A stretch of 64,000 bases of DNA from Acholeplasmataceae bacterium (lineage in GTDB: Bacteria; Bacillota_I; Bacilli_A; Acholeplasmatales; Acholeplasmataceae): NCBI GenBank assembly GCA_963667565.1, contig OY763415.1, positions 1,088,001 through 1,152,000 on the forward strand, in the 5' to 3' direction. Below are positions 31,615 to 46,237 of the stretch, in pieces. The translations under genes were made by a program, and so were the position numbers. The notes under the pieces were generated by a model. That model was given only the letters and a program-made list of their open reading frames with translations. It was not told the origin of the DNA and made no database searches. Numbering within the stretch: position 1 is the first letter of the stretch; each line of letters opens with the position of its first letter.

Positions 31615-32114
31615 TAATTAAACACCACCTTTAATACTTTTTCAAAAAGTGCTGTCATTTTTGTTTTATCTTCTTCTTTCGTTCCTAAAACATTTAATGT
31701 GTGGATATAAATCTCGCCATTTATTATATCTACAGATAATGTTCCTGGAGTTAGTGTGATAGAATTTGCTAGGACAAATTTTGCGATATCACCTTTTAAT
31801 GCTGTTGGTACTTTGACAAAACCTGGATTAAGAGGAATCTTTGGACTCAAAACTCTTCTTGCAACATCTAAATTTGCTAGTATTAACGCATATGTGAATA
31901 CTGGTAAATATAGAAAAATAAATGCAAGTAAACGAATTGGGAATTTAACATCATAAACAATTGGAATAAACTTCATCACAAGTAAAGTTACTACAAATGA
32001 TAAGATGCCACCAACGATTAACTCTTGAATTACAACTTGAGTGTTTGAATAATCTGATACTGATAATAAAACATACAAGACTAGTAATGTCAAAAATGTT
32101 GATACAAATTTCAT
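31614..32114 (-). CDS. MbxA/MrpE-like subunit
   Basis: ANLDVA and ANSITLTPGTL motifs. Confidence 0.92.
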   Translation of the reverse strand: MKFVSTFLTLLVLYVLLSVSDYSNTQVVIQELIVGGILSFVVTLLVMKFIPIVYDVKFPIRLLAFIFLYLPVFTYALILANLDVARRVLSPKIPLNPGFVKVPTALKGDIAKFVLANSITLTPGTLSVDIINGEIYIHTLNVLGTKEEDKTKMTALFEKVLKVVFN

Positions 32115-32115
32115 T

Positions 32116-33018
32116 TTATGCCTCCTTATTTTTATAGATTATCATTTTAATTAAAAAATGTTTTTGACTACTGTGCGGCCACAAAAACCAATGATGCGTA
32201 AGTTCTTCAAGATGTTGTGACATATGATATAAACCATAATCACCTAAACCATATCCATAGGTTTGTTGATATTGATGATAAATTTCATCAGTTGTGCGAT
32301 CCATTAAAGATTGTTCTACTGCTTTACCAAATTCTGATAAAATATCAATTTCAAATATATCTGATAAAACCACCATTAACCCTTCTTTTTGAAGTGCTTT
32401 TATCAAATTATCATTAAATTGAGAAATAATGTTGGGGACTTCATCAAGCATGATATCTTCTGCAGCTTTTAATATGTGTTCTGGAACTTTTTGTTCTCTT
32501 AAAGCTGAAAGTTCAATAACGACTTGTTGAAAAATAAGCTGTGTATATATAGGACTGACATAAATGAGGTTGAACTTATAAAAATCGTCTTTTAAAAAGC
32601 GATATCCATATGCTTTTTTGCATAACGCTTTTAATTTGATTTCAAGTTTTTCAATGTCTCGAGTCTGATAAACAACCTCTGAAAACGCCTCAAAAAAAAG
32701 CGAGTTTTCATAGCCTGTATATTCTATGCGAGTTATTTTAATATCGTTATTGTGTAAATCAAATTTTTTTACGCCATCAATCATTGAATCTACATCAATA
32801 TCTGTTAAATGAAGTTGCTTAAAAAAAAGCCCAAAATATTCAAGGTCTATATCTTGCAATTTACCAGCCCCAATAAAAAGTGCGCCATCCTTATGTTTAA
32901 GACTTGGTATAAATTGCTCCAAAACTGGTTGTATAGAAATACCGAATACATTGTGCAATTCATTTTTATGCATATAACTCGTATTTAAATAATTGTTGAA
33001 TTTTTGAATTTTTTTCAT
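32116..33018 (-). CDS. Hypothetical protein, possible class I SAM-methyltransferase-like fold; first gene of the Mbx operon
   Basis: LFIGAG...LHLTDID resembles motif I/II; 1-nt gap to the mrpE-like gene. Confidence 0.5.
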   Translation of the reverse strand: MKKIQKFNNYLNTSYMHKNELHNVFGISIQPVLEQFIPSLKHKDGALFIGAGKLQDIDLEYFGLFFKQLHLTDIDVDSMIDGVKKFDLHNNDIKITRIEYTGYENSLFFEAFSEVVYQTRDIEKLEIKLKALCKKAYGYRFLKDDFYKFNLIYVSPIYTQLIFQQVVIELSALREQKVPEHILKAAEDIMLDEVPNIISQFNDNLIKALQKEGLMVVLSDIFEIDILSEFGKAVEQSLMDRTTDEIYHQYQQTYGYGLGDYGLYHMSQHLEELTHHWFLWPHSSQKHFLIKMIIYKNKEA

Positions 33019-33261
33019 TATTATCACTATCTTTATTATAACTGCCTGTCAAGTGAAATGCAACCAAACTTAAGATAAAATACATAATAAAGCTCATTTT
33101 TTAAATCATATTTTTTTTATTTATAGTAATTTTATGAAAAATCAACATTTATATGTAAAAACATGAATTTTCTTGATTATTTATTCATTTTTCGATTTTA
33201 TTTACTTATTTGAATAAGTAAACTATTCAACATCAATAAAAAAACTTCCGATTAGGAAGTT

Positions 33262-33924
33262 TTAAACTAATATAGATGCAATATTTAGTAATGCGTGAAT
33301 GAGAATAACAACGATAATATTATGATGACTAACCTTGTAAGCTAGTGATAGCATCAAACCAATACATAGGTATAAGATAAAGAAAGAAAAATTGAGACCG
33401 ATTGAGTGCATGATGGCAAAAAAACTGTTAACGATACATATAGATATAATCACATGCATTTTTGAAGCAATCATCGATACTAATGTTTTCCGAAAAACAA
33501 TTTCTTCCATGATTGGTGTAAAGATAATTAACGTAATAAATTGAAATACATAAATAATCAAAGCATAATTTTCAGTTTCTACTGTTACTTGATTAAATAA
33601 ACCATAATATGAAATTATGTTAAGTCCAATAATTTCAATGAGAAAAATTAAAATAAAAAAAACAATTACGAATAATAAATTCTTTTTCAATGATATAAGA
33701 AATTTTTTCCCTTGAGCAAGAATCTCATCTTTTATTTTAAAAATGATTAATGCAGTCGTAATACCTACCATTAAAAATGTAATTAAAACATTGAATATGT
33801 CGTAAGATACAGTGTTCCCATCAAAAACATCTAAATACTTACTTAAAAAAAGTGTGGCTTGTAAAAGTAAGAATCCTGTAAAAAAATAAATAACTATTAA
33901 ACTTTGTTTAAATTTATACTTCAC
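33262..33924 (-). CDS. CPBP/Abi (CAAX) intramembrane metalloprotease
   Basis: EEIVFR, FAIMH and HALLN motifs; GTG start after AGGAG. Confidence 0.88.
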   Translation of the reverse strand: MKYKFKQSLIVIYFFTGFLLLQATLFLSKYLDVFDGNTVSYDIFNVLITFLMVGITTALIIFKIKDEILAQGKKFLISLKKNLLFVIVFFILIFLIEIIGLNIISYYGLFNQVTVETENYALIIYVFQFITLIIFTPIMEEIVFRKTLVSMIASKMHVIISICIVNSFFAIMHSIGLNFSFFILYLCIGLMLSLAYKVSHHNIIVVILIHALLNIASILV

Positions 33925-34057
33925 TAAAACACTCCTAACAATGATGACAGTTTTATAGTATATGCAGTATACCATGAAATTGAGTTTTAAAAAAATATGC
34001 CCAATTCAATTTTATAGTCTTTTGCTCATAATACCCATTGTTAATGTAACTATGAGC

Positions 34058-34609
34058 TTAGGATTTCAATAGAAATTCTCTCACATAAGCACAAAGTTCC
34101 TGATAGACTTCATCATTAAAATAGGAGGTATCATATCTCTTATATGTACCTTTATGAGAACTTATTTCGTGTGCTTTAATGGATGCTTTAAACATATCCA
34201 TCGACATAAGTCCCGTCGAAGTATGTGCAGGATGTCTAAATGCGTTTCTTTTTACATATCTATCATAAAGGATTTCTTCATTTCCATAGAGATCAATTGT
34301 CAATATGTCCTTGTCTTGATAAGATGTATTGGTATATAATTCGTTAAGCTCATTTTGTTTAAAATTCGCCTCAAGGATAAGATCTTTATGTAGAATAGAA
34401 AAATTTTTGGCTAGTCTTATCATCAAAGAAACTGTTGCTTGCGATAATTTTTTATTTTCACTTCGGTTAATAAAACCAATAGATTCAACAAGTGATTCTT
34501 TAATGTCATCTTTGTTAAAAGAAATAACTTTTAAGTCTTCTGACAGTTTCTTGGATATTGTAGTTTTTAGTGTTGCTAACCCACCTGTGATAATGATTAT
34601 TTTTCCCAT
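34058..34609 (-). CDS. P-loop nucleoside-kinase-like protein (AAA_33 type)
   Basis: IIITGGLATLKTT (variant P-loop), KDDIKE and LILEANF motifs. Confidence 0.7.
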   Translation of the reverse strand: MGKIIIITGGLATLKTTISKKLSEDLKVISFNKDDIKESLVESIGFINRSENKKLSQATVSLMIRLAKNFSILHKDLILEANFKQNELNELYTNTSYQDKDILTIDLYGNEEILYDRYVKRNAFRHPAHTSTGLMSMDMFKASIKAHEISSHKGTYKRYDTSYFNDEVYQELCAYVREFLLKS

Positions 34610-34850
34610 CGTTTTATTCTCTTTTCTATATGTTTTTTCCTATTAAGATATTAAAACTAGTATGGATGTATTCATAAAGATTATATTGTTATGATATTCT
34701 TAGATATTCATAGTCTAAGTATGTTGAATCATGCTGCATAAATATAACAAAAGTGGTTCTTTAATCATCACTTTTATTTGCACTAGAGACATCAATAATT
34801 TTAAATGACTTACTTATAGGTAGTATAGCATAAATAAAATGGTTGCAAAC

Positions 34851-34997
34851 TAATCGTCTAAAATTTCTATGACATATTCAAATTACAGTAAAATCAATTT
34901 GTTTTAGACTCTATAACTATATGTTAATGACAAAATGACTTTAGATAGCATAAAAAAGGCTTGATACAATTGTATCAAACCTGTGCTTTTAATATGG
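34851..34997 (+). repeat. Degenerate copy of the tRNA-Gly downstream region and terminator
   Basis: Shares CAGTAAAATCAATTT and AAAAAAGGC(T/C)TGATACAATTGTATCAAACCTGTGCTTTTAA(A)TATGG with 36573-36724. Confidence 0.85.
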
Positions 34998-35034
34998 GTT
35001 GACCTATTTTGCTATAATTTCACACTTATAAATT

Positions 35035-35574
35035 CTATTGAATTAAGTAAGCAATCTGATCGATAACCGCATACATCATCATCTGACTACTTGGAAATTG
35101 ATCATCAACTGATCCTTTAGTAGATACATTATATTTATCATATCCATATATAATAAGATCTGACTCTAAATCTCTTGAATCAATAAAATCAATAAGAAGT
35201 TCTGAATCACTACTCCTATAGTTTACAAAGACTATATTTACTTTGTAATCTTCATAGTATTGCTTAATTTCAGATTCAGATGCAAAATCCGTATCATTAT
35301 TGTACTTATTCATATCAATAATTATGAATGTATTATTTTCTGATGAAAATGGAACTTCATTAATATGAAATACCTTATTATATTGAATATCATCATTAAA
35401 ATTTATTTCATCGCTATATACGTATAAATTCACATTATGATCAATTAATACGTCAAATCGCTCATAGTAATCATTTGGAACACCTTTAGGAATTGGATGT
35501 AATGGGAATACAAATAACAAAACAATTGAAATTGCAATGATAGAAACTAGGACTAGTGCCGTAAATGTTTTCAT
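35035..35574 (-). CDS. Hypothetical membrane-anchored acidic protein
   Basis: N-terminal TM; overlaps the upstream gene (ATGA). Confidence 0.65.
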   Translation of the reverse strand: MKTFTALVLVSIIAISIVLLFVFPLHPIPKGVPNDYYERFDVLIDHNVNLYVYSDEINFNDDIQYNKVFHINEVPFSSENNTFIIIDMNKYNNDTDFASESEIKQYYEDYKVNIVFVNYRSSDSELLIDFIDSRDLESDLIIYGYDKYNVSTKGSVDDQFPSSQMMMYAVIDQIAYLIQ

Positions 35575-36368
35575 GATTCAACCAACATTCTAAGAATTTG
35601 TTTATGATAAGATTTTGCAATTGGTGGCATTAAGTGAATTAATGGTAGGCTCATCAATAGTGTTTCAAATATTTGAAAAGATTTAAAAAACTCATCATAA
35701 TAATTTATTAATACGATCACTCCAGCGATTAATATGATGCTGATGCCTAGATAGATAGTCATTTTTATTTTTTGCTTGAGCATATGTCTAAAGTATATAT
35801 AAATGAAAACAAGATAGTAAACTATTGCAAAAATAACATCTAAATTAACAAAGAAGAGGACGAATAACCCAATTATAAAATAATGATATAAAAACGAAAC
35901 TTTACTTTGGTCATAATTATCATTCTTGAAGTTTTTAATATACTCCTTAACGACTTCATAACTTTTGTGATCTATTTTTTTGTATACTAAGTATTGGATA
36001 ATATTTATAAGAATCATAACAATACTAATTACAGCAAAATACTTGATACCCTGCTCTATATCAAAGATTTGATCACTATCCAAGACTATTAGTAAACATA
36101 AAAATAATGCTAAATTGATGGCGCAAATGAAATTGTGGAGTTTCAATTTTGGAATGAACATAGTTATATTCCCATAAATAAATATGACTGCTAGAATAAA
36201 CCACGAGACTCCTAGAATTACTCCAAGTAAATTAAAAAGTATACTTTGTTCCCAAAAACCTTCTCCATATAGGAGCCACGGTAATACTGCCATAAAAAAC
36301 ATAGTAACATTTAATAATACTGCTAAACTTAAAACACCTTTATGATATTTGCTGATGGTCTTTTTCAT
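35571..36368 (-). CDS. Hypothetical multi-pass membrane protein
   Basis: About 7 hydrophobic segments; RBS present. Confidence 0.65.
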   Translation of the reverse strand: MKKTISKYHKGVLSLAVLLNVTMFFMAVLPWLLYGEGFWEQSILFNLLGVILGVSWFILAVIFIYGNITMFIPKLKLHNFICAINLALFLCLLIVLDSDQIFDIEQGIKYFAVISIVMILINIIQYLVYKKIDHKSYEVVKEYIKNFKNDNYDQSKVSFLYHYFIIGLFVLFFVNLDVIFAIVYYLVFIYIYFRHMLKQKIKMTIYLGISIILIAGVIVLINYYDEFFKSFQIFETLLMSLPLIHLMPPIAKSYHKQILRMLVES

Positions 36369-36533
36369 TTATTCCACTCTGTCATCTATTATAATATTCT
36401 AGGAAAAATAGCTACCGCACTAGACATAAAAATAGCGATATACAACTTTACTTCCTAATTATTATACCATCTGATTTACTATATTTAAATACAATATTAC
36501 CTTGCTATACCCCTTTAATGGCTTGATTACTGA

Positions 36534-36582
36534 AATCGTGTAAATCCATTTTAAATCGTGTATTTCAAAATGTAATCGTGTA
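36534..36582 (+). repeat. Three AATCGTGTA direct repeats with an exact 20-bp period
   Basis: Copies start at 36534, 36554 and 36574. Confidence 0.8.
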
Positions 36583-36721
36583 GAAATTCTATTGAGATGT
36601 CTAAAAATCAGTAAAATCAATTTTCTTTTTTGACTCAATAAACATGATCAAACATTAAAACGGCTCTATATAGCGTAAAAAAAGGCCTGATACAATTGTA
36701 TCAAACCTGTGCTTTTAAATA

Positions 36722-36795
36722 TGGAGCGGGTGATGGGAATCGAACCCACATCAACAGCTTGGAAGGCTGTGGTTCTACCACTAAACTACACCCGC
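36722..36795 (-). tRNA. tRNA-Gly(TCC)
   Basis: GCGGGTGTAGTTTAGTGG...CTTCCAA...CCCGCTCCA. Confidence 0.95.
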
Positions 36796-36813
36796 TTGTA
36801 AAAAATATTTAGA

Positions 36814-36890
36814 TGGTCGGGAAGACAGGATTTGAACCTGCGACCTCCTGGTCCCAAACCAGGCGCTCTACCAAGCTAAGCTACTTCCCG
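36814..36890 (-). tRNA. tRNA-Pro(TGG)
   Basis: CGGGAAGTAGCTTAGC...TTTGGGA...CCCGACCA. Confidence 0.95.
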
Positions 36891-36891
36891 A

Positions 36892-36968
36892 TGGCGTACC
36901 CAAGAGGTCTCGAACCCCCAACCTTTTGATCCGTAGTCAAACGCTCTATCCAATTGAGCTATGGGTAC
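36892..36968 (-). tRNA. tRNA-Arg(ACG)
   Basis: GTACCCATAGCTCAATTGG...CTACGGA...GGTACGCCA. Confidence 0.95.
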
Positions 36969-37025
36969 CTTACTTGAGTCTAAAACTCATATCTCAAAAC
37001 GTAACTACGTTTTATTGTAAAAAGT

Positions 37026-37101
37026 TGGTGACCCGTACGGGATTCGAACCCGTGAATGCATGCGTGAAAGGCATGTGAGTTAACCGTTTCTCCAACGGGC
37101 C
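37026..37101 (-). tRNA. tRNA-Glu(TTC)
   Basis: GGCCCGTTGGAGAAACGG...CTTTCAC...GGGTCACCA. Confidence 0.95.
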
Positions 37102-37120
37102 ACGCTGTGCAGCATATATA

Positions 37121-37148
37121 ATTATACCAATATAAAAATAAATGTCAA
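37121..37148 (-). promoter_or_regulatory. Promoter of the tRNA cluster
   Basis: TTGACA-16 nt-TATAAT with an extended TG. Confidence 0.75.
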
Positions 37149-37175
37149 GACATTACAAAAAAGTTTTTTTATATT

Positions 37176-37721
37176 TTAATATAAAATGCTTTTTAGCAAT
37201 GCATTTGCTGCATCTTTACCCGAAAAATGGGTCACAATTTCATATGCAAACTCATAGATCGCACCTGCACCTCTCGCAGTAATAAATAATTTATCTTTAA
37301 CTGCTTTCTTTTGAGGCAAGTATTTTCCATTTAATGCATCTTTTTCACTACCTGTAAATGCTGTAAATTTCACTTCATCTAAGAGTCCCGCTTGACCTAA
37401 GAATCTAGGACCTGCACAAATCGCGCAAATTTCCTTATTTTGGCCATTAAATGTTTTTGCTAGGCTTTTTATCTTCTGGTCGCTATCAACGGTTTTTGCC
37501 ACATATTTACCACCAGGAATAATTAAAAAATCATAGGAATCGACATCAATTTCATCTTCTAAATAATCTGCTAATATGTTTAGTCCAAATGCAGTTAAAA
37601 TATGTTTATCATTTTCGAAAGTTACACTATCAATTTGATATCCTGCACGCACTAAAAGTGCTCTAGTTGCTAGTGCTTCAACATCTTCCATATCATTAGA
37701 AAATACAATGAGTCCCTTCAT
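37176..37721 (-). CDS. DJ-1/PfpI (YajL/ThiJ-like) protein
   Basis: EDVEA, IPGG, AICAGP and ITARGAG motifs. Confidence 0.9.
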   Translation of the reverse strand: MKGLIVFSNDMEDVEALATRALLVRAGYQIDSVTFENDKHILTAFGLNILADYLEDEIDVDSYDFLIIPGGKYVAKTVDSDQKIKSLAKTFNGQNKEICAICAGPRFLGQAGLLDEVKFTAFTGSEKDALNGKYLPQKKAVKDKLFITARGAGAIYEFAYEIVTHFSGKDAANALLKSILY

Positions 37722-37727
37722 AAAAAA

Positions 37728-38312
37728 TTACTCCTTTAGTAGTTTTAAATATATCTCGTTGATATGTTTTGCACCTAATTCTGATTCAAACTTTTTATAG
37801 TTTTCATAGTGATTATCCATACCAACAATGTCTGATACTATTTTAATGCTTATGATTGGGATTTGAAAGTGATATGCGACTTGGTATAATGCTGCCCCTT
37901 CCATATCTACAATGTAAGGATGATCTACTTTATTGGTCATAAAGTAATCACCCGTATATAATAATCCTTTTTTAATTTGAGGTTCTATAAGCATTACTTT
38001 TTCAACTAATTTATCATCTGATTTGAATTTTGTTGGACATCCAGGAACTTGTCCTTTGTCATATCCAAAAAATCTAAGATCAAAATCATGATACATCGCT
38101 TCTTCTATTAAAATCAAATCGCCTACTTGATAATGATGACTAGCACCTACAAATCCAAAATTATAAATTGCAGATACTTTGTGCTTCATTAGAGCTTCAG
38201 TCAATTTCATTGCTGCATTCGTTTTACCTATTCCAGATTCAATGAGTACTGTTTGTGGCAATGATTTAATTTCAGATAATTCTTCTTTCATTGCTCCGAT
38301 AACAACAATCAT
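37728..38312 (-). CDS. mtnN: 5'-methylthioadenosine/S-adenosylhomocysteine nucleosidase
   Basis: GAMKEE, SGIGKTNAA, TGDYF, DMEGAA and VSD motifs. Confidence 0.88.
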   Translation of the reverse strand: MIVVIGAMKEELSEIKSLPQTVLIESGIGKTNAAMKLTEALMKHKVSAIYNFGFVGASHHYQVGDLILIEEAMYHDFDLRFFGYDKGQVPGCPTKFKSDDKLVEKVMLIEPQIKKGLLYTGDYFMTNKVDHPYIVDMEGAALYQVAYHFQIPIISIKIVSDIVGMDNHYENYKKFESELGAKHINEIYLKLLKE

Positions 38313-38935
38313 TTTTGTTCTCCTATGATTTGTTTGATTTTTGCAACGATTAAATCAACTGCAATATCATGTTTCTTGTCATTTGGAATGATGACATCTG
38401 CAAATCTTTTCGTTGGTCTAATATATTTATGAAACATCGGTTTAACTGTAGTTTCATATTGATTGATTATAGATTCTAATGAACGACCACGTTCATTCAT
38501 ATCTCTTAATAGTCTTCTGATAAATCTAGTATCTTCATCAGCTTCTACAAACAACTTTATATCAGCTAAATCTCTAATTTGTTGATTATCTAAAATAAGA
38601 ATACCTTCAACGATAATCACAGGTTTAGGTACAATATGTTCCATTTTATCACTTCTAGTGAATTTGACAAAATCATAGACTGGTTTATCAATAGGTTTAA
38701 ATTCTAGTAGTTTTTGTAGGTCATTAAAAAGCAGTTCATTATCAAATGAATCTGGATGATCATAATTTGTTTCATATCTTTTTTCTAAAGGTAAATCACT
38801 TTGATCTAAATAATAATCATCATGTTTTAAGATGATAACTTCATCTAAACCAGCTTTCTCTAGAATCTCTTGGACAACCGTACTTTTTCCAGAAGCAGAA
38901 CCTCCAGAAACTAAAATTAGCATCGGTTTATACAT
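38309..38935 (-). CDS. udk: Uridine kinase
   Basis: GGSASGKST, DDYY, NYDHPDSFD and RRLLRD motifs. Confidence 0.95.
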   Translation of the reverse strand: MYKPMLILVSGGSASGKSTVVQEILEKAGLDEVIILKHDDYYLDQSDLPLEKRYETNYDHPDSFDNELLFNDLQKLLEFKPIDKPVYDFVKFTRSDKMEHIVPKPVIIVEGILILDNQQIRDLADIKLFVEADEDTRFIRRLLRDMNERGRSLESIINQYETTVKPMFHKYIRPTKRFADVIIPNDKKHDIAVDLIVAKIKQIIGEQK

Positions 38936-38965
38936 AGCATCCCCTACTTTCCTAACTCGTCTATA

Positions 38966-39277
38966 TTAAATTTGACATTCTGGTGATAATTTAACTTGTT
39001 CTTCTTCATTAACGATATCATCAAAATCATGATGTCTTTTAAACCAAACGACAGCATATGCACAAGTAGCAACAACTTTTAAACCTTGGTTTTTTATATG
39101 TTCTACGGTTGCTTGCATGAGTTCTCCAGCAACACCTTGACCCCTAAGTGATGGGTCAACAAAAGTATGATTAATAACCACTGTATCCTCATTATAAGGG
39201 GGAAAAGTGGCTAAAGCGAGCGTTTTTCCTTCTTCATTTTTAGCATAAACTTGATTTTTTTCAAATGTGAAATTCAT
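38966..39277 (-). CDS. Small GNAT (YjdJ-like) protein
   Basis: HTFVDPSLRGQGVA and TCAY motifs. Confidence 0.88.
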   Translation of the reverse strand: MNFTFEKNQVYAKNEEGKTLALATFPPYNEDTVVINHTFVDPSLRGQGVAGELMQATVEHIKNQGLKVVATCAYAVVWFKRHHDFDDIVNEEEQVKLSPECQI

Positions 39278-39490
39278 ATCATCATCTCCTCTTAAAAAGT
39301 ATATCATATTTGAAGTAACAATTCACTATCTTTAAATTCTAATTTTATGATTTTACATGATTTTATTTATTTCAAATCTTCTAAATTATTTCTTTTATAA
39401 ATAAAGTTCTTTTTTATAATAATTTAAGCGTTTATTTATAATTTAGTGTATAATCATGTTATAATTGTCTTGTAGAATTAGGAGGAAATT

Positions 39491-41341
39491 ATGACAAAAA
39501 AACAATTAGTAATAGAAACAACCAGTGTCATTGTCGCAATTATATTTATGATTGTCGCGTGGTTATTAGGTTACTTTATAGATCCGCAAGGATGGTATGT
39601 GATACTATTTTATGCCTTAGCGTTCGCTATTGGTGGATTTGCTAAAGCTAAAGAAGGTATTGAAGAAACCATAGAAAATAAAGCATTAAATGTTGAAATT
39701 CTTATGATTTTAGCTGCACTCGGTGCATTTGTTGTTAAAGATTATGCAGAAGGTGCCATCTTAATATTGATTTTTGCAGTAAGTGGTGTTTTAGAATCCT
39801 ATGCAACTTCAAAAAGTGAAAAAGCATTAACAAGTTTATTAACATTAGCACCTAGAACAGCAAGTCTTTTAGTTGATGGAGAAGAAATTGTTGTTCCTGT
39901 TGAAGATATCAATATTGGAAGTAAAGTCATTGTTAAAGTGGGTCAACAAGTTCCAGTTGATGGAAAAATCATCAACGGTTCTACTTCTTTAGATCAAGCT
40001 GCAATCACAGGTGAATTCGTCCCAGTTTCAAAAACTGTAGGATCTGAAGTATTTGCTGGTTCAGTAAACATTGAATCTACAATCATTGTAGAAACTACTG
40101 TTGATTCGAAAGATACAGTCGTACAAAAGATTATTAATTTAGTCAAGAATGCACAAGAAAACAAAACCGAGTCTCAATCACTCATTGATAAAATAGAAAA
40201 ATATTATGTTTACATCGTTATTTTACTTTCAATCACATTCATGATTGTACCACCACTTGTAGGTTGGTTAGATCAAGCTGAAGCATTTAGGCGTGGTATT
40301 GTTGTCTTAGTTGTAGGTTCACCTTGTGCGCTTGTAGCATCCATTACACCAGCAATGTTATCAAGTTTATCAAATGCAGCCCATAAGAGAATTTTAATTA
40401 AAGGTGGAAAGCATTTAGAAGATTTATTGAAAATAGACACAGTTATTTTAGATAAGACAGGTACAATAACAACAGGTGTACCAAAAGTTGTTAGAGTTGA
40501 AATGATTGATTCACTTGATCATGATGAAACAATTAATATATTATATACATTAGAAAAACAATCCAATCACCCACTCGCCAAGTCAATTGTTGATTATTTA
40601 GCTGATCAAGCAGAAGTCTTAGATTTAAAAACAACCGAAATTTCTGGCCGTGGTATGCAAGCAAACATTGGCGATGACCTATGGAAAATTGGACGTTTTG
40701 ATGCTAAAGAATCGGATCAGATCATTGAAAAATATGATAGATGTACTGCTTTAGGTCATAGTACTGTCCATATTATTAAAAATGAAGAAATTGTTGGTTT
40801 TGTGGCTTTAATGGATACCATTAGAGAAGGTGTCACAGATGTCATTGATGAACTTAAAGCATTAGGTATTAAATCATATTTAGTGACTGGTGATAATAAA
40901 TTTACTGCCCGTCATGTTGCTAAAATAGCTCATGTTGATGATTTTGTAGCAAACTGTTTTCCTGAAGATAAAGTTACTTTTGTCAAAAAGGTAAAATCTG
41001 AAGGTGGACATTCAATTATGATTGGTGACGGTATTAATGATGCACCAGCCCTTGCAACTGCTGATGTTGGTATTGCAATGGGTGCGGGTACAGATGTATC
41101 ACTAGAAACTGCTGATATTATCTTTATGAATGACAATATGGCAAACCTACCTAAACTCATTAAACTTGCTAAACGTATGAGACGTGTGACACTACAAAAT
41201 ATCATATTTGCTGTTGGCGTTATACTCACACTTATGATTAGTAATGTCTTTGGTAATATTGAGTTACCTATGGGCGTAGTATTTCATGAAGGATCAACAA
41301 TCTTAGTTATTTTAAATAGTTTAAGATTATTAATGAAATAA
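39491..41341 (+). CDS. Heavy-metal P-type ATPase, P1B-4 subgroup (Co/Fe/Zn)
   Basis: SPC and HEGST membrane motifs, DKTGT and GDGINDAP; no N-terminal metal-binding domain. Confidence 0.92.
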   Translation: MTKKQLVIETTSVIVAIIFMIVAWLLGYFIDPQGWYVILFYALAFAIGGFAKAKEGIEETIENKALNVEILMILAALGAFVVKDYAEGAILILIFAVSGVLESYATSKSEKALTSLLTLAPRTASLLVDGEEIVVPVEDINIGSKVIVKVGQQVPVDGKIINGSTSLDQAAITGEFVPVSKTVGSEVFAGSVNIESTIIVETTVDSKDTVVQKIINLVKNAQENKTESQSLIDKIEKYYVYIVILLSITFMIVPPLVGWLDQAEAFRRGIVVLVVGSPCALVASITPAMLSSLSNAAHKRILIKGGKHLEDLLKIDTVILDKTGTITTGVPKVVRVEMIDSLDHDETINILYTLEKQSNHPLAKSIVDYLADQAEVLDLKTTEISGRGMQANIGDDLWKIGRFDAKESDQIIEKYDRCTALGHSTVHIIKNEEIVGFVALMDTIREGVTDVIDELKALGIKSYLVTGDNKFTARHVAKIAHVDDFVANCFPEDKVTFVKKVKSEGGHSIMIGDGINDAPALATADVGIAMGAGTDVSLETADIIFMNDNMANLPKLIKLAKRMRRVTLQNIIFAVGVILTLMISNVFGNIELPMGVVFHEGSTILVILNSLRLLMK

Positions 41342-41397
41342 AACTTAAAACAAAAAGCTTATGAAATCAATCATAAGCTCTTTTTTTTATAAAAAAA

Positions 41398-41474
41398 TGG
41401 CGCCCACACTAGGACTCGAACCTAGGACCCCCTGATTAACAGTCAGGTGCTCTAACCAACTGAGCTATGTAGGC
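41398..41474 (-). tRNA. tRNA-Asn(GTT)
   Basis: GCCTACATAGCTCAGTTGG...CTGTTAA...GGGCGCCA; downstream of the 5S rRNA. Confidence 0.95.
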
Positions 41475-41541
41475 GGATATATGGACACACATTTTTATAC
41501 GATTAAATTGTCGTAATAATATAAATAGTAAATTAAGATTA

Positions 41542-41650
41542 GCCTGGCAACGTCCTATTTTCGCTCCTTGGAACTATCGTCGGCGCTGAAGTGCTTAACT
41601 GCTGTGTTCGGGATGGGAACAGGTGTGACCACTTCGCCATCGTCACCAGA
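41542..41650 (-). rRNA. rrf: 5S rRNA
   Basis: TCTGGTGACGATGGCGAAGTGGTCACACCTGTTCCCATCCCGAACACAG...GCCAGG; ends approximate. Confidence 0.93.
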
Positions 41651-41707
41651 CTTCTCTCAAAACTAGATAAAAGATTTGTCAAAAGTATTATACATCAATT
41701 GCTTATT

Positions 41708-44550
<2,843 letters not shown>

Positions 44551-44721
44551 TACAATTGCTTGTTGTTTTCTTTTGACAACTTTTATCTACTTTTCAAAGA
44601 TCTTAATTTAAAATCAGAGACTGGATCTCTGAAAACTGAATATGATGAGCATGGTCTAACACGAAGTTAAACCATTGTGAGAATTGTTGTGAATACTTTT
44701 ACGTATTCGCCTTTCTCCTTA

Positions 44722-46237
<1,516 letters not shown>

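Noticed and set aside
39414..39428. PerR/Fur-like box upstream of the P1B-4 ATPase
   Set aside because: Only a half-site matches, in extremely AT-rich sequence.
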